From positions 6,842-70,841 of the forward strand of contig CAYMGD010000005.1 of the NCBI GenBank assembly GCA_964389905.1: 64,000 bases of DNA. The letters run 5' to 3'. Of the stretch, positions 40,635 to 50,922 are shown piece after piece. Both the position numbers and the translations under genes were made by a program. This DNA comes from an uncultured Coprobacillus sp. Its GTDB lineage: Bacteria > Bacillota_I > Bacilli_A > ML615J-28 > CAG-698. Position 1 is the first letter of the stretch. Each line of letters opens with the position of its first letter. Under the pieces are notes generated by a model that saw only the letters and a list, made by a program, of their open reading frames with translations, had not been told where the DNA came from and did no database searches.

Positions 40635-41418
40635 TATTATTGAGTACTTAGACGCTAGATTTCCTAAAACTGATGCGGAAGATTTTGATTTATCGAGAAT
40701 AGGCTTTTGTGCTGGAAGCAAAAATATTGAAGTAAAAAACATTATGTTAAGTTTAGACCTAACAATGGAAGTTTTAGATGAAGCAATAGAAAAGAATTGT
40801 AATATGATAATAACTCATCATCCTTTTATTTGGAATCCCATCAGTAAATTTATATTTGAAGATGAGAATACAAAAATAATTAAGAAATTATTAAATAATG
40901 AAATCTCTCTTTATTCAATGCATACAAATCTTGATGTGGCTTTAGGTGGTGTTAATGATACTTTAGCCGAAATACTAGGCTTAGAAAACATCAAAAACCG
41001 AAATAGAGAAAATAAAGGTAATTTTTTAAGATATGGTGATATTTCCGAAACAACTTTAAAAGAATTTTCAGAAAATGTAAAACTTGCTTTTGGCCTAAAT
41101 GGTGTTCGTGTATTAGGAGATTTAAATAAGAAAATAACTAAAGTAGGTATTATTGGAGGTTCTGGCGGTGGTATTTCAGAAATTGATGATGCTCTTTATC
41201 ATAACCTTGATTGTTATATAACTGGTGAAGTTCATTTAAACTGTGCTCAGTATGCCTATGTAAAAGGACTTGCAATAATTGAAGTGAAACATGGTGTTGA
41301 AAAACTTGTCTTTACATCCTTAATAGAAGAACTGAGAAAAGAATTTAAAGAATTATATGATTATAATAACAACATCTATATTTCCAAAGTTGAAACTGAT
41401 AAATTTACTTATCTATAA
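40621..41418 (+). CDS. Nif3-family dinuclear metal-centre protein (YqfO-like)
   Basis: ITHHPF and HTNLD motifs. Length 265 aa. Confidence 0.8.
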   Translation: MIVNNIIEYLDARFPKTDAEDFDLSRIGFCAGSKNIEVKNIMLSLDLTMEVLDEAIEKNCNMIITHHPFIWNPISKFIFEDENTKIIKKLLNNEISLYSMHTNLDVALGGVNDTLAEILGLENIKNRNRENKGNFLRYGDISETTLKEFSENVKLAFGLNGVRVLGDLNKKITKVGIIGGSGGGISEIDDALYHNLDCYITGEVHLNCAQYAYVKGLAIIEVKHGVEKLVFTSLIEELRKEFKELYDYNNNIYISKVETDKFTYL

Positions 41419-41424
41419 AAAATA

Positions 41425-41470
41425 AAAAGACGTGTATCACATCTATAAATGTGATTTATCACGTCTTTTA
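41425..41470. terminator. bidirectional terminator between the Nif3 gene and the ferredoxin gene
   Basis: AAAAGACGTG.ATCACAT-loop-ATGTGAT..CACGTCTTTT. Confidence 0.7.
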
Positions 41471-41477
41471 TCATTTG

Positions 41478-41648
41478 CTATTTTTCAACTATAGCTTCTG
41501 CAGGGCATTGAGCTTCACAAGCTCCACAATCGATGCATTGATCTTCATCGATAACATATTGTCCATCACCTTCACTAATACAAGAAACTGGACAAATTTC
41601 AGCACATGCACCACAAGAAACACATTGATCAGTAATAAATCTTGGCAT
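41478..41648 (-). CDS. fdx: 2x[4Fe-4S] ferredoxin (56 aa; missing from the ORF track)
   Basis: The reverse translation is MPRFITDQCVSCGACAEICPVSCISEGDGQYVIDEDQCIDCGACEAQCPAEAIVEK, with two CxxCxxCxxxCP motifs. RBS AGGAGG lies upstream. Confidence 0.85.
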   Translation of the reverse strand: MPRFITDQCVSCGACAEICPVSCISEGDGQYVIDEDQCIDCGACEAQCPAEAIVEK

Positions 41649-41800
41649 AGTATTCCTCCTTGTTATTTTGCATAACTATTTTATCACAATTTATCGAAAA
41701 GATAAAGTACTTTTACTAAATAATTTATATTAAAATAAATAAACAAATTATTTTAAAATGCTATAAAAATTAATTTTTTCATATTAGCTCTAATTTTTTA

Positions 41801-41829
41801 TTGATTTATTAATAAAAATATAGTAAAAT
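41801..41829 (+). promoter_or_regulatory. sigma-A-type promoter of yneF
   Basis: TTGATT, 17-nt spacer, TAAAAT. Confidence 0.5.
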
Positions 41830-41866
41830 AATAAAGTAATAAATCAATCAAAGGAGTTTTAAAATT

Positions 41867-42121
41867 ATGATTTTTATTGTTGCAAGATGGTCACTTCCTT
41901 TTTGGGCATGGATTTTAATATTATTAGGTATTTTAATTGCAGGATTTGTTGTGGGATTAATTGTATCTCGTAAAATCACTTCAAAGTATCTTCAAAAAAA
42001 TCCACCTATCAATGAACAAATGATTAGAGTTATGTATAAACAAATGGGAAGAACTCCAACTGAAAAACAAGTTAGACAAGTATTAGCTGCTGTTAATGCA
42101 CAATCAAATAATACAAAATAA
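41867..42121 (+). CDS. yneF: UPF0154 membrane protein YneF
   Basis: One TM helix followed by NPPINEQMIRVMYKQMGRTPTEKQV. Neighbour of plsY/parEC as in B. subtilis. Confidence 0.8.
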   Translation: MIFIVARWSLPFWAWILILLGILIAGFVVGLIVSRKITSKYLQKNPPINEQMIRVMYKQMGRTPTEKQVRQVLAAVNAQSNNTK

Positions 42122-42146
42122 AAGACCTTGAAGGTCTTTTTATTTT
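42117..42146. terminator. bidirectional terminator between yneF and plsY
   Basis: AAAGACC-TTGAA-GGTCTTT flanked by A- and T-runs. Confidence 0.75.
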
Positions 42147-42153
42147 ATAGTTT

Positions 42154-42795
42154 TTATTGAATTTTACTTACTGTATTTTCTGTTTTAGTAATCATTCTTT
42201 TAATATTAGGGATATGCTTAATTAATATTAAGGTATAAATCAAAACAGCTGAAATACCTACATAAAAATCAACATCCATTTTTAGAAGAGAATCATATGA
42301 AATAATAGCATAAACAATTGTAATAATAGTTAGCAGTAAGCCACTAATTAATGAACCTAAAGCTGATATCTTTGTTATTTTTACGATTATCACGAAAGCA
42401 AGAATAGATATTAGGGCCATTTGAGGGAAATAGGCAAATAAACATCCAGCGCCAGTAGCAACGGCTTTTCCACCTTTGAACTTCAAAAAGACAGGAAAAC
42501 AATGTCCAATACAAGCAAGAAGTCCATATAACGAAGGACTAAGGACCATATATTTGCTAGGGATAATATTATATCTAAATAGAACAACAAATAATGCTCC
42601 TTTAATCATATCGAAAATAAATGTTAAAATTGCATATTTTTTTCCTAAAACTCGGCCTGCATTAGCCGCTCCTATGTTATGACTTCCTTTTTCACGAAGA
42701 TCTGTTTTCTTTATTTTTGATATTATTAAACCAAAAGGAATTGAGCCAAATAGGTATGCAAGAAGGCAAAAGAGGACTTTTAAAAAAATTGTCAT
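42154..42795 (-). CDS. plsY: glycerol-3-phosphate acyltransferase PlsY
   Basis: GSHNIGAANAGR motif in a polytopic 213-aa protein. Confidence 0.9.
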   Translation of the reverse strand: MTIFLKVLFCLLAYLFGSIPFGLIISKIKKTDLREKGSHNIGAANAGRVLGKKYAILTFIFDMIKGALFVVLFRYNIIPSKYMVLSPSLYGLLACIGHCFPVFLKFKGGKAVATGAGCLFAYFPQMALISILAFVIIVKITKISALGSLISGLLLTIITIVYAIISYDSLLKMDVDFYVGISAVLIYTLILIKHIPNIKRMITKTENTVSKIQ

Positions 42796-43077
42796 AATTA
42801 ATTATTCTCCATAAAAAAATTAATCTTCTGAAAACTCGATTTTAGAAGTTAAATTGATACTTTATTATACAATATTTATCTTAATAATTCAATTAATTAT
42901 TTTGTCTTTTCTTCATATTTAGCTATTTTGTCATTTAAAAGTCATAAAAAATGCTTTAGAAAAAGTGTAAATTTCCTTTAGTTAATAAAAATTTAATTTT
43001 AATTTTTTATAAATATATAATTTGTTAATTGTATTCAATGATTTTTTTTGAACATATTTATTTTTAATAAATAGTTC

Positions 43078-43106
43078 TTTACTTTTTATTAAATATATGC
43101 TATAAT
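43078..43106 (+). promoter_or_regulatory. sigma-A-type promoter of parE-parC
   Basis: TTTACT, 17-nt spacer, extended -10 TGCTATAAT. Confidence 0.5.
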
Positions 43107-43129
43107 ATTTTTAATAAAGGAGCAGATTT

Positions 43130-45079
43130 ATGGCAAAAGAAAAGAAAAGTGTATATAGCTCAGATGAAATTCAAGTTTTAAAAGGATTAGAAGCAGTAAG
43201 AAAGCGTCCTGGTATGTATATTGGTTCAACCGATTCCCGTGGTTTGCATCATTTAGTATGGGAAATATTAGATAATGCTATGGATGAGGTTTTATCAGAT
43301 TATTGCGACAAAGTAATTTTACGAATTAAAAAAGGAAACATTGTCGAAGTAGAAGATAATGGCCGTGGCATTCCTATTACAATGCATAAAGAAGGCGTTC
43401 CTACACCACAAGTTGTTTTTTGTATGTTACATGCTGGTGGTAAGTTTGATGATTCTTCGTATAAGGTTGCAGGTGGACTTCATGGTGTTGGTTCAAGTGT
43501 GGTTAATGCTTTGAGTGAATGGTTAAAAATAACTATATATCGTGATGGTAAATGTTATACGCAAACTTTTTCTAATGGTGGTACGGTTATTGGTAAACCA
43601 AAGATTGTTGCAGATTCTTCGAAACGCCATGGTAGTATTGTTGAATTCAAACCTGATCCTTCGATTTTTTCAATTATTAATATTGATTATAAGCAGTGCG
43701 TTCAAAGACTTAAGGAAGCTGCTTTCTTAATCAAAGGATTATGCGTCGAAACATTTGATGAAAGACATGGTCTTCATGATAAATACAAATTTGATGAAGG
43801 TATTGTTGAATATATAAAAGATATAAATACGGGAAAAGAAGTTCTTCATGAGCCTATTTTTATTAGTGGCGTATGTAATGATATTACAATTGAAGCTGCT
43901 ATTCAATATACTAATAACCCTTATACAGAAAATATAATTTCCTTTGTAAATAATATTCGTACTCGTGATGGAGGAACACATGAAATGGGTTTCCGTTCAG
44001 CAATTACTAAATCATTTAATGAATATGCTCGAATGAAAAAACTATTGAAAGAAAAGGATCCAAACCTTGATGGCTGTGATGTTCGTGATGGTATAAATGC
44101 TATTCTTTCGATTAGAGTTCCAGAACGCATTTTACAATTTGAAGGTCAAACAAAAGGTAAGTTGGGATCAGCTGAAGCAAAAGTAGCTGTTGAACAGTTT
44201 GTAATGGAAAAGCTTAAATTCTTTTTATCAGAAAATGCTAACATAGCTGATATTTTAGTTAACAACGCTATTCGTTCATTTAAGAATCGTGAAGCTGCTA
44301 AAAAAATAAAAGAAGAAACGAAAGATATTAAAAATAAAATCAATAAAAATGTAAATATGAACGGTAAATTATCTCCTGTTCAAGTAAAAGATCCTAAAAC
44401 TAACGAACTATTTATCGTCGAAGGAGATTCAGCTGGTGGGTCAGCTAAACAAGGCCGAGATAGACGTTATCAAGCAATCTTACCACTTCGTGGTAAAGTG
44501 TTAAACTCTGAAAAGACAAAAATTGATGAATTATTAAAGAATGAAGAAATTCGTTCTATAATATATACAATTGGTACAGGCGTTGGAGAAGACTTTAATA
44601 TTAATAAATGTAATTATAATAAGATAATTATAATGACCGATGCCGATGATGATGGAGCTCATATTCAAATTCTATTATTAACATTTTTCTTTAGACATAT
44701 GCGTGGTTTAATCGAAAATGGTAAAGTTTATTTGGCTTTACCACCACTATACAAAATAGCTTCGAAGAATAATTTTGTATATGCTTGGACAAATGATGAG
44801 TTAAAAGAAAAAACATCAGCAATGCGTAATTATGAAATCCAAAGATTTAAAGGTTTGGGTGAAATGAATTATGAACAATTGTGGGAGACAACAATGAATC
44901 CTGCAACAAGAACTTTAATAAGAGTAGATATTGAAGATATGAGTGATGCTGAAGCAAGAATAACAACTTTAATGGGTGATGATGTTATTCCTCGTCGAAA
45001 ATGGATTGAACAAAATGTATCATTTGATAATACAGATGATTTTGACTTAGTAACAGATGAAGGTGAAGAAGATGAGTAA
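43130..45079 (+). CDS. parE: type IIA topoisomerase ATPase subunit, assigned as topoisomerase IV ParE
   Basis: [49 protein letters not shown] and DADDDGAHI. The plsY-parE-parC gene order supports topo IV rather than gyrase. Confidence 0.8.
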   Translation: MAKEKKSVYSSDEIQVLKGLEAVRKRPGMYIGSTDSRGLHHLVWEILDNAMDEVLSDYCDKVILRIKKGNIVEVEDNGRGIPITMHKEGVPTPQVVFCMLHAGGKFDDSSYKVAGGLHGVGSSVVNALSEWLKITIYRDGKCYTQTFSNGGTVIGKPKIVADSSKRHGSIVEFKPDPSIFSIINIDYKQCVQRLKEAAFLIKGLCVETFDERHGLHDKYKFDEGIVEYIKDINTGKEVLHEPIFISGVCNDITIEAAIQYTNNPYTENIISFVNNIRTRDGGTHEMGFRSAITKSFNEYARMKKLLKEKDPNLDGCDVRDGINAILSIRVPERILQFEGQTKGKLGSAEAKVAVEQFVMEKLKFFLSENANIADILVNNAIRSFKNREAAKKIKEETKDIKNKINKNVNMNGKLSPVQVKDPKTNELFIVEGDSAGGSAKQGRDRRYQAILPLRGKVLNSEKTKIDELLKNEEIRSIIYTIGTGVGEDFNINKCNYNKIIIMTDADDDGAHIQILLLTFFFRHMRGLIENGKVYLALPPLYKIASKNNFVYAWTNDELKEKTSAMRNYEIQRFKGLGEMNYEQLWETTMNPATRTLIRVDIEDMSDAEARITTLMGDDVIPRRKWIEQNVSFDNTDDFDLVTDEGEEDE

Positions 45080-47540
45080 AAAGAAATCATTAATCGATAA
45101 AATTGCTGGTTTTGCTACTGAAAAGATTCTCCAAGAAAATATTGAAAACTTATTTGGGGAAAGGTTTGGAAGATATTCTAAATATATAATTCAAGATAGA
45201 GCCCTTCCAGACTGCCGTGATGGCTTAAAGCCAGTTCAACGAAGAATATTATATGCAATGTACAAATTAGGAATGTTTCCTAAAACTCCTTACAAAAAAT
45301 CAGCTCGTATAGTTGGTGAAGTAATCGGTAAATATCATCCTCATGGTGATACATCAGTTTATGAAGCAATGGTAAGAATGAGTCAATCATTTAAAATGCT
45401 ATTACCTTTAATTGATATGCATGGTAATAATGGTAGTATCGATGGCGATGGCGCTGCCGCAATGCGTTATACTGAAGCAAGACTATCAATTTACGCTGAT
45501 TACCTTTTACGTGATTTAAACAAACACACGGTAAATTTTGTTCCTAACTTTGATGATGAAGAGCTAGAACCTGTCGTTTTACCTTCACGATTTCCTAATT
45601 TATTAGTTAATGGTGCTACAGGTATTGCTGCGGGATACGCAACAGAAATGCCTCCTCACAATATAGGGGAAATAATTAATGCTATTATCTATCGTATTAA
45701 TAAACCTGATTGTAACTTAAACGAAATAATGACAATCGTTCAAGGTCCTGATTTTCCAACTGGAGGAATCGTTCAAGGAATTGATGAAATCAAAAAAGCT
45801 TTTAAAACTGGGCGTGGAAAAATTGTAGTTAAGTCACGTACTGAAATTATTGAAAATAATAATATTAGACAAATAATTATCAGTGAAATACCATATGGCG
45901 TAAATAAAGCTCAACTTGTAAAAAAGATGACAGATGTTGTTTCAGAAAAAGCTGTAGATGGTGTTATTGATATCCGTGATGAATCAGACCGAGAAGGTTT
46001 AAGAATTGTAATAGATGTAAAAAAAGATGCTAATGCTGAAGACATAAGAAACTTTTTCTTCCGCAGCACTGATTTACAAATAAATTATTCTTATAACAAT
46101 GTTTGTATTTATAATAAAAGACCTGTTTTAATGGGCTTAATCGAATTAATTGATGCTTTTATTGAACATCAAAAAGAAATTGTTACTAATCGTAGTAATT
46201 ACGATTTAGCAATTGCTAAAAAGAGATTACATATTGTTGAAGGATTGATAACAATGGTATCAATTCTTGATGCAGTTATTCAAACAATAAGATCATCAGC
46301 TAATAAAAAAGATGCTAAAGAAAATATAATGGCAAATTACCATTTTACTGAAGAACAAGCTGAAGCAATTGTAATGTTACAATTATATCGTTTAACAAAT
46401 ACTGATATTGTTGCTTTAATGAAAGAAAAAGATGAATTAAATCAAACAATAGCAGAACTTAACGAAATTTTATCAAATGAAAATTCTTTACTAAAAGAAA
46501 TCAAAAATGAATTAATTGCTACATTAAAAGAAATTGACTTACCACGTAAAACAACTATTGAACACAAAATAGATGAAACCGTAAAACAAGTTGATGTAAA
46601 AGTATTAATTGCTAAAGAAGATGCCGTTATTATTATAACAAAAGATGGTTACATTAAGAGAATGAGTCCAAAAGTATACAACTCTGATGAAGAAAATAAA
46701 TTAAAAGAAGAGGATTTTGTTGTTGCAAAATATGATGTAACTACTCTTGATACGCTTTTATTCTTCACTGACAAAGGAAGTTACGTATACTTACCAGTAC
46801 AAAACATTCCTGAATCTCGTCCTAAAGACTTAGGAAGAAATATTGCCGTAATGGCAACAATTCCTCCAGAGGAAAAAATTATTTTCTCTGTTCCAGTTAA
46901 TGACTTTGAAGCTGACCGTTACGTTCTCTTCACAACCAGAAACGGCTTGACAAAACGAACTCATATCCGCGAATTAGTTGCCACTCGTTACTCTAAAGCC
47001 TTAAAAGCAACAAAACTAAGAGATGGCGATGAAGTAGTAAGTGTCGATATATGTAATGGTGAAGATCACGAAGTTATGGTCGTTACTAAAGAAGGATATA
47101 TGCTTCGTTATAATGCGAGTGAAATCAGTTTATTTGCGTTACCATCATATGGTGTAAAAGCAATCGAACTCAAAAATAGACCAACTGATGAAGTATTAGG
47201 AGCATTCTATGTTTCTCAAAAAGATACCCTTTTAGTGCTTAACGAAAAAGGTGGAATTAGGAAATTCAAATCAACTGATGTTCCTAAAGGCAAAAAGATT
47301 CACGTTGGAAAACTTTGTGTAAACGTTGCTAAGCCAAATGGTTATTTAATTGATTTTGAAGTATTACATGAAAAATGCGAAAACACAAAATGTTATTTAG
47401 TTGGAGATATTTCTTCTAAAGAAATTAACTTAGATGAAGATGCAAAAGGATTAAACGTTAAAAAACTCCCATCCCTCACAACAAAGGTTGGAGAACCAAT
47501 TTGTTTAATACCAGCTCATACATCTCAAGATTTTGAATAG
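45072..47540 (+). CDS. parC: type IIA topoisomerase subunit A, assigned as topoisomerase IV ParC
   Basis: [18 protein letters not shown] and [10 protein letters not shown] (catalytic Tyr). No GyrA-box (QRRGGKG) is visible in the C-terminal domain. ATG 45072 overlaps the parE stop (ATGAGTAA). Confidence 0.8.
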   Translation: MSKKKSLIDKIAGFATEKILQENIENLFGERFGRYSKYIIQDRALPDCRDGLKPVQRRILYAMYKLGMFPKTPYKKSARIVGEVIGKYHPHGDTSVYEAMVRMSQSFKMLLPLIDMHGNNGSIDGDGAAAMRYTEARLSIYADYLLRDLNKHTVNFVPNFDDEELEPVVLPSRFPNLLVNGATGIAAGYATEMPPHNIGEIINAIIYRINKPDCNLNEIMTIVQGPDFPTGGIVQGIDEIKKAFKTGRGKIVVKSRTEIIENNNIRQIIISEIPYGVNKAQLVKKMTDVVSEKAVDGVIDIRDESDREGLRIVIDVKKDANAEDIRNFFFRSTDLQINYSYNNVCIYNKRPVLMGLIELIDAFIEHQKEIVTNRSNYDLAIAKKRLHIVEGLITMVSILDAVIQTIRSSANKKDAKENIMANYHFTEEQAEAIVMLQLYRLTNTDIVALMKEKDELNQTIAELNEILSNENSLLKEIKNELIATLKEIDLPRKTTIEHKIDETVKQVDVKVLIAKEDAVIIITKDGYIKRMSPKVYNSDEENKLKEEDFVVAKYDVTTLDTLLFFTDKGSYVYLPVQNIPESRPKDLGRNIAVMATIPPEEKIIFSVPVNDFEADRYVLFTTRNGLTKRTHIRELVATRYSKALKATKLRDGDEVVSVDICNGEDHEVMVVTKEGYMLRYNASEISLFALPSYGVKAIELKNRPTDEVLGAFYVSQKDTLLVLNEKGGIRKFKSTDVPKGKKIHVGKLCVNVAKPNGYLIDFEVLHEKCENTKCYLVGDISSKEINLDEDAKGLNVKKLPSLTTKVGEPICLIPAHTSQDFE

Positions 47541-47548
47541 GTGAAAAT

Positions 47549-48553
47549 ATGAATTGTTTATTAAATATTGACCATTATGTTATTCCTAACGATATTGTTG
47601 TGAAATTAGCAACAATATATAGATACATTGGAAACAATGATTTCTACCTAAATTCCTTAGGTAATGATATAAATAAAGTTATTGACCTAACAGTGGAAAA
47701 AGACGCTTACTTTTTATCGAAGATTTTAGACCTTGATATATCAGAAGCCCGTGCTAAACTTATTATTACAAAAAACTCTTCACCACGAAACAAAGAAGAA
47801 ACAACCCTAGCCAATATTAAGGAGTTACTATCAGGTATCCAACAAAAATATCATACCTTAAAACTTAAAAGTAATGATTTATATAATATGATAAATTATG
47901 TTTATTCCCATTATAGTAGCATTAAGTTTGGGATGTATGAAGGAAAAAGATCTGTGCTCCAATCACAAAGCATGGAAAGTAAAAGAAAAATTCTTGATGA
48001 AATGAGTGATCTTGTTGATAAATATATAACAAATAACTTATATGAAAAGATTATTTTATATATTCATTATTTTATAGATTTATCCAATCTTTCACCATTT
48101 GAATCAAAAAATGCAACAATTGCTTATCTCACACTTTACCAATTAATTTTATCTGCTGACTTAAATGCTTTCAAATATGTAAGTTTCTTTGAAATGCTTT
48201 ACAACAATTATTACAATTTTTCTAATGAACTTTGTAAAGCAAGTGTTAACTGGAAAGAGGGCTACGCCCAAACAACAGAATTTGTAAGATACTTTTTAGC
48301 CCTTATTGAAAAAGCATATAATAGTACAGATCAAATAATTAAAAATTATCAATATGATAAAACAAATAAAAAATATGAAAACATTGAAAGTTCAATTCTC
48401 TCAATGAAAACCATCTTTACAAAAGATGAAATAAGACAAATGTATCCTTATGTTAGTGAATCAACCATAAATAGAGCATTAGTCAGTCTTCGTGATATGG
48501 GATTAATTGAACCACTAGGAAAGGGTAGATCTGCAAAATGGACGAGGAAATAA
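47549..48553 (+). CDS. Fic-fold-like protein with degenerate active-site motif and C-terminal winged-helix domain
   Basis: SPFESKNATIAY sits where Fic proteins carry HPFx[DE]GNGRxxR. The C-terminus STINRALVSLRDMGLIEPLGKGRSAKW looks like a wHTH. Starts 9 nt after parC. Confidence 0.45.
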   Translation: MNCLLNIDHYVIPNDIVVKLATIYRYIGNNDFYLNSLGNDINKVIDLTVEKDAYFLSKILDLDISEARAKLIITKNSSPRNKEETTLANIKELLSGIQQKYHTLKLKSNDLYNMINYVYSHYSSIKFGMYEGKRSVLQSQSMESKRKILDEMSDLVDKYITNNLYEKIILYIHYFIDLSNLSPFESKNATIAYLTLYQLILSADLNAFKYVSFFEMLYNNYYNFSNELCKASVNWKEGYAQTTEFVRYFLALIEKAYNSTDQIIKNYQYDKTNKKYENIESSILSMKTIFTKDEIRQMYPYVSESTINRALVSLRDMGLIEPLGKGRSAKWTRK

Positions 48554-48577
48554 AGACATTTCCTATTTAAGTGTCAT

Positions 48578-48606
48578 AGAGTCTTTCTTGATAAAGACTC
48601 TTTTTT
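48578..48606 (+). terminator. rho-independent terminator after the Fic-like gene
   Basis: AGAGTCTTT-loop-AAAGACTCT followed by T6. Confidence 0.8.
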
Positions 48607-48646
48607 GATGTATAATATTAATAATAAATAATATAAGGTGGAAGAT

Positions 48647-49453
48647 ATGAAAAAAGTTAGATTATTTGTCTCTATCATATCATTTTTTCTCATTAGTTTT
48701 ATAATGACAATATCAATATGCTATGATTTAGACTCAACAAATTCTTTAGTTTTATCATTAATGATTATATTAATAGCTTACTTAAACTTATGCTTAAGAA
48801 GACAAGAAATAAACGAAATAAAAAGAATAATATTATCCTTTACTGAATCATGTGATTCTGATAAATGTCTTCAAGAATTAAATAAATTTATGAAATCATG
48901 CTTTTTTACAAAAAAACAAAAAAAATCATTTAATTTATATTTAGCAACAGTTTATATCGATAAAGGTGATTTAGAAACTGCAAAGGATTTACTATTAGAT
49001 ATTGATACAGTTAATTATGCCTTCAACAAATTAACAAAATTTGTATATCTAAAAAACTGGTGTGATTATTTCTTTTACAAACGACAAGATGAAAAAATGA
49101 AATATACGCTTTTAAAAATGAAAGATATAATCGATTTACTTCCAAACAATCGTACTAAATTTCAATTTATTCAAGTATATCAAAACGTTTCCGCAAAGTA
49201 TGCAATTTTGATATCAGAAAATCTTAACGAAGTTTATACCTACATAAAAGCACAAAGCGTATATGAAAACTCAAATTTCCAAAAACTGAATACATCATAT
49301 ATTACTGCTTTAATCGACCTCAGAAAAGGTGATACTGAGGCTGGCATAGAAAAATTAAAAACATTAGCTAAGGCTAATAAAAACCTATTTATTTGTGATG
49401 ATTCAAAAAGATTAATAAAAAAATATGAAGAAGAAGTCTTAAAATTAAATTAA
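48647..49453 (+). CDS. membrane protein with two N-terminal TM helices and a TPR-like helical domain, hypothetical
   Basis: RBS AAGGTGG in front of ATG 48647. No recognisable catalytic motif. Confidence 0.5.
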   Translation: MKKVRLFVSIISFFLISFIMTISICYDLDSTNSLVLSLMIILIAYLNLCLRRQEINEIKRIILSFTESCDSDKCLQELNKFMKSCFFTKKQKKSFNLYLATVYIDKGDLETAKDLLLDIDTVNYAFNKLTKFVYLKNWCDYFFYKRQDEKMKYTLLKMKDIIDLLPNNRTKFQFIQVYQNVSAKYAILISENLNEVYTYIKAQSVYENSNFQKLNTSYITALIDLRKGDTEAGIEKLKTLAKANKNLFICDDSKRLIKKYEEEVLKLN

Positions 49454-49466
49454 GGCTCTTTTTTTC
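49435..49466 (+). terminator. rho-independent terminator, last '+' transcription unit before the terminus gap
   Basis: AGTCTTA-loop-TAAGGCT (one G-U pair) followed by T7. Confidence 0.55.
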
Positions 49467-49589
49467 ATTTTATATCGATTCAAATTAATTAAACAGTTAA
49501 ATACTAAGAAAGAAATAAAATCGATTCTAAGTTAAATTTCAGTCATTAATATTATAAAAGATTTAAAAGAAAATATAGCATCTAAAATC

Positions 49590-50245
49590 AACTTATGAGA
49601 AGATTAATTATTATCTTGTTAAGAGTTATCAATAATATTATTTTAAAATTATTATTAAAGAGATTATATTATGATTCCATTAAAGAATTTATTTTAAGTA
49701 TTTATAAGTCTAGTATTAAAGTTTTTTAATTCATGAATTATTTTTATATAACTAATTTACAATCAATTTATGAGAAGATTAATTTCACCAGGTTAATAAC
49801 TATAAATAATCTTTTTCTAAATCACTTTTAGAGAAGATTATTTTTTATTATTATCCAATCATTAATAAAATATTAATAATTCTTATTACAAATCTATAAA
49901 TAATCGTATCAATAAAGAATTACTCAAAATATCAAATAAACAAAATATTTAGCTGCACTATATAGCATTATTTAAAATGAATTAAATAATCATTTTGTGA
50001 GAAGATTAATTATTATCTTGTTAAGAGTTTAATATTCTTTTAAAATTATTATTAAAGAGATTTTATAATGATTCCATTAAAGAATTTATTTTTAGTTTTA
50101 TAAGTATTAGTATTAAAGTTTTTTAATTCATGAATTATTTTTATATAACTGATTTTATAGATCAATTTATGAGATGATTAATTATGTGTTGGTTAATAAC
50201 TATAAATAATCTTTTTCTAAATCACTTTTAGAGAAGAAAAATTTT
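49590..50245 (+). repeat. left block: two tandem ~402-bp higher-order repeat units (A, B), each built from three sub-modules that begin with (T)GAGAAGATTA
   Basis: Exact TGAGAAGATTAATT at 49596, 49771 and 49998. Variants at 49831, 50170 and 50231. Unit B carries small indels relative to A. Confidence 0.9.
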
Positions 50246-50388
50246 TCTTATTAGCACAACAGATAATAAGTAACATATTAGTAGAACTGGTAAAATTTTT
50301 CTGATGATATAAGAATAGTTATTAACATCTAATAACTGAAAAGAAGTATTTATTAACTTTTCATAGCAGTATTTTAAATAGTGTTTTA

Positions 50389-50416
50389 ACTTCCTATAAT
50401 ATATATTATGTTAAAT
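50389..50416 (+). other. dif: dif site (XerC/XerD chromosome dimer resolution site)
   Basis: ACTTCCTATAATATATATTATGTTAAAT matches 25/28 positions of B. subtilis dif as I recall it (ACTTCCTAGAATATATATTATGTAAACT). The right arm TTATGTTAAAT is identical to the E. coli XerD arm. Confidence 0.85.
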
Positions 50417-50922
50417 AAAATATATAAACGGTGGGCGTTTTTATAATAAAATCAAGTGTATAAGTTTATAAATATAATTTTCAGTGGAAAATTATTAAAT
50501 TATTTACTTGTGGATAATTTATTGTTTTTTATATAAATTTCTTTTTAAATCGATTTTTAAAAAGATTAAAGATTTTTTATTAATATTTATAAATTGAAAT
50601 TATGCGAAATTTTATTTTTATGATGTTTTTTTTGTTTAAATTAAAATAAAAAAAATAATTATCTTCTTAGACAATTATTTTTAGAAATATAATTTTAAAA
50701 AGTTTTTAAAAGTTATCAACAATTATTAATTGTTAATAAATGATTAGTTATTAATATTATTTATTTAAATAAAATGTTTTAATTCTTTCAAAAAAGCTTT
50801 TAATTCTTCTTTTGTTGTGTTTTTTGTTTACTAATTAATAAATTACTATTAGCTAAATTAAATCGATTAAAACTCAAATTTGAGACTCATTTATTTAATA
50901 CTTTTACACTTATTGAAATTTC

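Noticed and set aside
41451-41675. 74-aa '+' strand track ORF
   Set aside because: It is the antisense frame of the clear minus-strand ferredoxin gene, and it has no RBS.
42818-42830. Minus-strand partial match (GAAGATTAATT) to the terminus motif in the plsY-parE intergenic region
   Set aside because: It is only an 11-mer. My rough composition-based estimate gives about 0.25 such matches by chance in this window, and it lacks the head and tail of the module.
43130-47540. Calling the type IIA topoisomerase pair gyrB-gyrA
   Set aside because: The neighbourhood (yneF, plsY) matches the B. subtilis parEC locus, no dnaA/dnaN/recF context is present, and no GyrA-box is visible in the A-subunit C-terminal domain. 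The distinction still rests on indirect evidence.
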